From an uncultured Planctomycetota bacterium (lineage in GTDB: Bacteria > Planctomycetota > Planctomycetia > Isosphaerales > Isosphaeraceae), in contig CAVTTN010000002.1 in the NCBI GenBank assembly GCA_963737655.1, positions 6,624,001-6,688,000 of the forward strand: a stretch of 64,000 nucleotides of DNA, written 5' to 3'. Both the position numbers and the translations under genes were made by a program. Shown one piece after another: positions 60,450 to 64,000 of the stretch. The notes beneath the pieces are model-generated. The model saw nothing but the letters and a program-made list of their open reading frames with translations, was not told the DNA's origin and did no database searches. Within the stretch, counting starts at the first letter, position 1, and every line of letters begins with the position of its first letter.

Positions 60450-61231
60450 ATGCCCACCCCTTTTCCCGGGATGGACCCCTACCTCGAAATCTCGGGGGAT
60501 TGGCGTGACTTTCACGCCACTTTCATCGCGACCTGCCCTAACACCCTCAACGATCTCCTGCCGGAACACTACGTCGCGAGGATCGACGAGCGATTTCGGA
60601 TCATGGAGACGCCCAACGATCGCGGCCCATCGCGCTGCCCCGACATTGCGGTGGAGAAGACCCGGCCGAGGGAGGCTCCGGGAGGGGCTGAGACGGGCGT
60701 TGCCGTGCTGGACCTTCCCCCGGTCATGGTCCGATTGGCCCCGACCCAGCGCGAAGAGGTCCGCGAAACCTGGATCGAGATCCGCAAGGCGCCGAACTGG
60801 GACCTGGTCACTTCGATCGAGCTCCTCTCTCCCTCGAACAAGGAGGAGCCGGGGTTCTCGGACTACCTGGGCAAGAGGGCGGACCTGATCGAAAGGCCGG
60901 TGCATCTGGTCGAGCTGGACCTGCTCGTCCGGGGCCGGCGCCCGCCGATGGCCGACCCCCTCCCGCCGGGGACTATTTCGCGATCGTCTCGCGGGCCGAG
61001 CAGCGGCCGGCGAGCGAAGACTACGCGTGGTCGGTCCGCCGCGTCTTGCCCACGATCCCGATCCCGCTCTCCCGGCCCGACCCCGACTTGCCGCTCCGTC
61101 TCTCGGAAGTCTTCTCGCTGGCGTACCGTCGGGGCCGCTATGAGCGGACGATCGACTATCGACGGCCCCTGAATCTCCCTCTCACCCCCGAGGATCGTGC
61201 CTGGGCCGAGGCGACCGCCACCCTCCGTTGA
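60450..61231 (+). CDS. DUF4058 family protein (frameshift near 60970)
   Basis: MPTPFPGMDPYLE..W.DFH, IELLSPSNK, HLVELDLL; one more G gives PPGDYFAIV..LPTIPIPL..IDY. Confidence 0.88.
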
Positions 61232-61337
61232 CCCGCCGATCGGATCGACTTCAATATCGCGCACCGACTCACGAAGCCTTCTCATGACCTGGGTAGGATG
61301 AGAATTCGTCCGTAAAAGTCCCGTGGGGAGAAGTCGC

Positions 61338-63254
61338 ATGCCTCGGACGCCGTTCGCCCTTCTGAAGTTCGTGGCCAAGGCCGCCCTGAACGCGGTCGGA
61401 GGCGGCTTGCTGGGCGATTTCGTCGTCGAGGTCCTACCCGAGTTCTGCCTCGACGTCTGGGACGGCTGGAGCCGGGAGACGACCCCGGAGGAGCGTCGGG
61501 CGGAGCTGGAGGGCCTGATCCGCGCCCCGGACGAGCAAATCCGCCTGGCCGCCGAGGCGATCGTCGAGGAAATCGCCGCCGGCCAGCCCGAATCGGTCCG
61601 CCAGGGCCTGACCACGTTCCTCCGCCAGGTCCCGGCGGCGATCCGCCGGTCACAACGGAGGCCCGAGGACGTCACCGGCAAGACGCTTCGCCCCGGCCTG
61701 AAGCTGGAGAAGGCCGAAGACCTGATCCCGCTCCTCCCCGCCCGCTCGGCCCGGTTCCAGCCCGGAGACCGCCCCTTGCCCGGGACCGACTGGGAGCTTG
61801 TGGAACTTCGCGGGACGGGCGGGTTCGGCGAGGTCTGGCTGGCGAAGCATGCGTTTCTGCCGCAACTCCCCCGGGTGGCGCTGAAGTTCTGCACCGACCC
61901 CGAGGCCCGCCGCCTCCTGAAGCACGAGGCCCAGTTGATCGCGAGGGTGCAAGGGGCGGGGAGCCATCCGGGGATCGTCCCGATCCAGATGACCTACCTC
62001 GGCGCCGACCCGCCCTGCCTCCAGTTCGAATTCGTCGAGGGAGGAGACCTCGCCGGCCTGATCCACGACTGGCACGCCGATGGCCGATCGCCCGACCCGA
62101 TCCAGGTCGCCCGAGCGATCCTCCGAATCGCCGAGATCGTCGCGTTCGCCCACGAGAAGGGGATCGTCCACCGCGACCTCAAGCCGGCGAACATCCTCGT
62201 GCCCCTTCGCGACGGCAAACCAACGATCCGCATCACCGATTTCGGCATCGGCGGGATCGCCGGCAAGCAAGCCCAAAGCGCCTCTTTGAAGGGGACCATC
62301 CCCAGCCAATCCCAAACCGCCGGCCTCCGAGGCTCCTGCACGGCGAATTACGCCTCGCCCGAGCAGATCAACGGAGGCGACCCCGACCCCCGCGACGACG
62401 TCCACGCCCTGGGCGTGATCTGGTATCAGATGCTCCTCGGCGACCTGACCAGGAGGGCGCCCAGCGCCTCGGGCTGGAAGCGGAAGCTGACCGAAGGACG
62501 GGGCGTCCCGTCAGCGATGATCGATCTGCTGGAATCCTGCTTCGAAGAGGCCGCCGAGCGGCCCGACCATGCGGGGATTCTGGCGGAACGCTTGCTCGGT
62601 TTGATTCCCGCGCGTCCGAGTACCTCGCCGCCACTACCTGAAAACGAGGTCCGAGAGGAGCCGGTCGGAGCGGCCAGGTCGGGCAATGGTGTCGTACCGC
62701 ATCCAACGAGTCGCCAGGAGAACGAAATCGGCGATCCCAGGTGGGATGACCCGATCAAGACAAACCCAAGTCCCGCCGGCTACACCAACCGCGGCATCGC
62801 GTGGCGTGAGAAGAAGGAGTACGACTGCGCCACCGCCGACTACACCGAGGCGATCCGGCTCGACCCCAAGTATGCCATCGCCTACAACAACCGCGGCCTC
62901 GTCTGGCATGACAAGAAGGAGTACGACCGCGCCATCGCCGACTACAGTGAGGCGATCCGGCTCGACCCCAAGTACGCCATCGCTTACGCCAACCGAGGCA
63001 ATTCATGGTTTGCGAAGAAGGAGTACGACCGCGCCATCGCTGACTACACCGAGGCGATCCGGCTCGATCCCAAGCATGCCCCCGCCTACAACAATCGTGG
63101 CTACACCTGGGAAGAGAAAGGGGACTTCGATCGCGCCATCGCCGACTATGAGCAGGCCCTCAAGATCGATCCGAACCATGCCTATGCTCGACCCAACCTC
63201 GACCGCGTCCTGAAAGCGAGGAAACCGGCCAAGAAGGGGTGGTTCGGGACGTGA
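61338..63254 (+). CDS. Hanks-type Ser/Thr protein kinase with C-terminal TPR repeats
   Basis: G.GGFGEVW, VALKF, HRDLKPANIL, DFG and YASPEQ; four AY.NRG..AIADY..A..LDP-type repeats. Confidence 0.95.
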   Translation: MPRTPFALLKFVAKAALNAVGGGLLGDFVVEVLPEFCLDVWDGWSRETTPEERRAELEGLIRAPDEQIRLAAEAIVEEIAAGQPESVRQGLTTFLRQVPAAIRRSQRRPEDVTGKTLRPGLKLEKAEDLIPLLPARSARFQPGDRPLPGTDWELVELRGTGGFGEVWLAKHAFLPQLPRVALKFCTDPEARRLLKHEAQLIARVQGAGSHPGIVPIQMTYLGADPPCLQFEFVEGGDLAGLIHDWHADGRSPDPIQVARAILRIAEIVAFAHEKGIVHRDLKPANILVPLRDGKPTIRITDFGIGGIAGKQAQSASLKGTIPSQSQTAGLRGSCTANYASPEQINGGDPDPRDDVHALGVIWYQMLLGDLTRRAPSASGWKRKLTEGRGVPSAMIDLLESCFEEAAERPDHAGILAERLLGLIPARPSTSPPLPENEVREEPVGAARSGNGVVPHPTSRQENEIGDPRWDDPIKTNPSPAGYTNRGIAWREKKEYDCATADYTEAIRLDPKYAIAYNNRGLVWHDKKEYDRAIADYSEAIRLDPKYAIAYANRGNSWFAKKEYDRAIADYTEAIRLDPKHAPAYNNRGYTWEEKGDFDRAIADYEQALKIDPNHAYARPNLDRVLKARKPAKKGWFGT

Positions 63255-63365
63255 CCATGGGCTGGCGTGGACGTCCATTGCGGGGCTTCCATCGATCGGC
63301 AATCGCATGGGGACGGGACCGAGGATTGAGGACGGAGCCACGTCGCTCCGATGCGCACCTCTTCC

Positions 63366-63604
63366 GGGTGGCCCCGGTTCTTGAACCGGGGGGCCGAAGG
63401 CCCAAGAGGCGGCAGACTCTCGGCTCGGGTGGCCTCTCAGGCCTTCGGCCCCCCGGTTCGAGAACCGGGGCCACCCCTGGAGACACAAGCCTCTCGGGCC
63501 TTCGGCCCCCCGGTTCAAGAACCGGGGCCACCCAGAAGTATTGGATGCAGCTTTCAATGTGCGATTGACAGCTCTCTCGGGTGGCCCCGGTTCTTGAACC
63601 GGGG
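63366..63604. repeat. Cluster of four palindromic REP-like units next to the RAYT gene
   Basis: 45-bp unit GGGTGGCCCCGGTTCT[TC]GAACCGGGGGGCCGAAGGCC..AGAGGC at 63366-63410 (+), 63432-63476 (-) and 63489-63533 (-); partial at 63579-63604 (+). Confidence 0.93.
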
Positions 63605-63631
63605 TCGCGGAGCGACAAGAGGCGTCCAGCC

Positions 63632-64000
63632 CTATTCGATCCATCGGATCGGCACCCCGACGGTTTGTTGCCATCGGTACCAGCGAGCCGAGCTCCATTT
63701 CCAGTCGGTCGGACGGCTGACCAATCCGGCCCGGACCGGGTTCTCGTGCATGTAGGTTAACTTCTCTTCGATCTGGGCGTCTTGATCGATCTGAAAGGCG
63801 TAATACTTCGGATACCAGAAGCGGTCCCCCTCGCCGAAGTCGGCGAAGTAGCTGGGTGCCTCGCGGCGATACCATTCGCGGATGAGGAAGCTGGATTTGC
63901 GCTTCCAGCCGTGCATGAAGCGGCTCAAATCGCCGGGCTTCGGGAACCAGACCAGCGCGTGGACGTGCTCGGGCATCACGACGAACCCGACGCACCGGGC
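63632..64000 (-). mobile_element. REP-associated tyrosine transposase (IS200/Y1 HUH family), 3' part
   Basis: FV.MPEHVH HUH motif, FW and YMHENPVRAGLV..DWKWSS; 5' end outside window. Confidence 0.9.

Noticed and set aside
63366..63604. CRISPR array near the window end
   Set aside because: Units change orientation, spacing is irregular, and they flank a RAYT gene.

Overview
GC-rich bacterial chromosome segment, most likely Planctomycetota and probably Isosphaeraceae-like (inferred from E-x-L-E-x-[KR]-x-L-L export motifs and expanded Uma2/DUF433/DUF4058 families). It carries most of the core transcription/translation gene cluster in fragmented form. On the + strand: rplK-rplA-rplJ-rplL-rpoB, then 5.2 kb of inserted genes, rpoC, then 15.3 kb of accessory DNA, then rpsL-rpsG with no fusA/tuf. 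The S10-spc-alpha block (rpsJ..rplQ) lies on the - strand. Most notable: (1) a tRNA-Ile-like cloverleaf with a UAU anticodon between rplK and rplA; (2) six long hairpins built from tandem AGT-containing heptamers in ribosomal-operon spacers, plus an orphan 15-copy array; (3) a duplicated rpoC 3' tail bounding an integrase-less mosaic of toxin-antitoxin remnants and in-frame gene chimeras; (4) a PemK/MazF module and an FkbM-family methyltransferase inserted inside the spc and S10 operons; (5) a REP-associated tyrosine transposase with its own palindromic repeats, plus a separate GTAG-type REP family. Eight single-base frameshifts, including in rpoA and rpoC and mostly in G/C runs, look like sequencing/assembly errors. 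All family assignments are by eye, with no database search.
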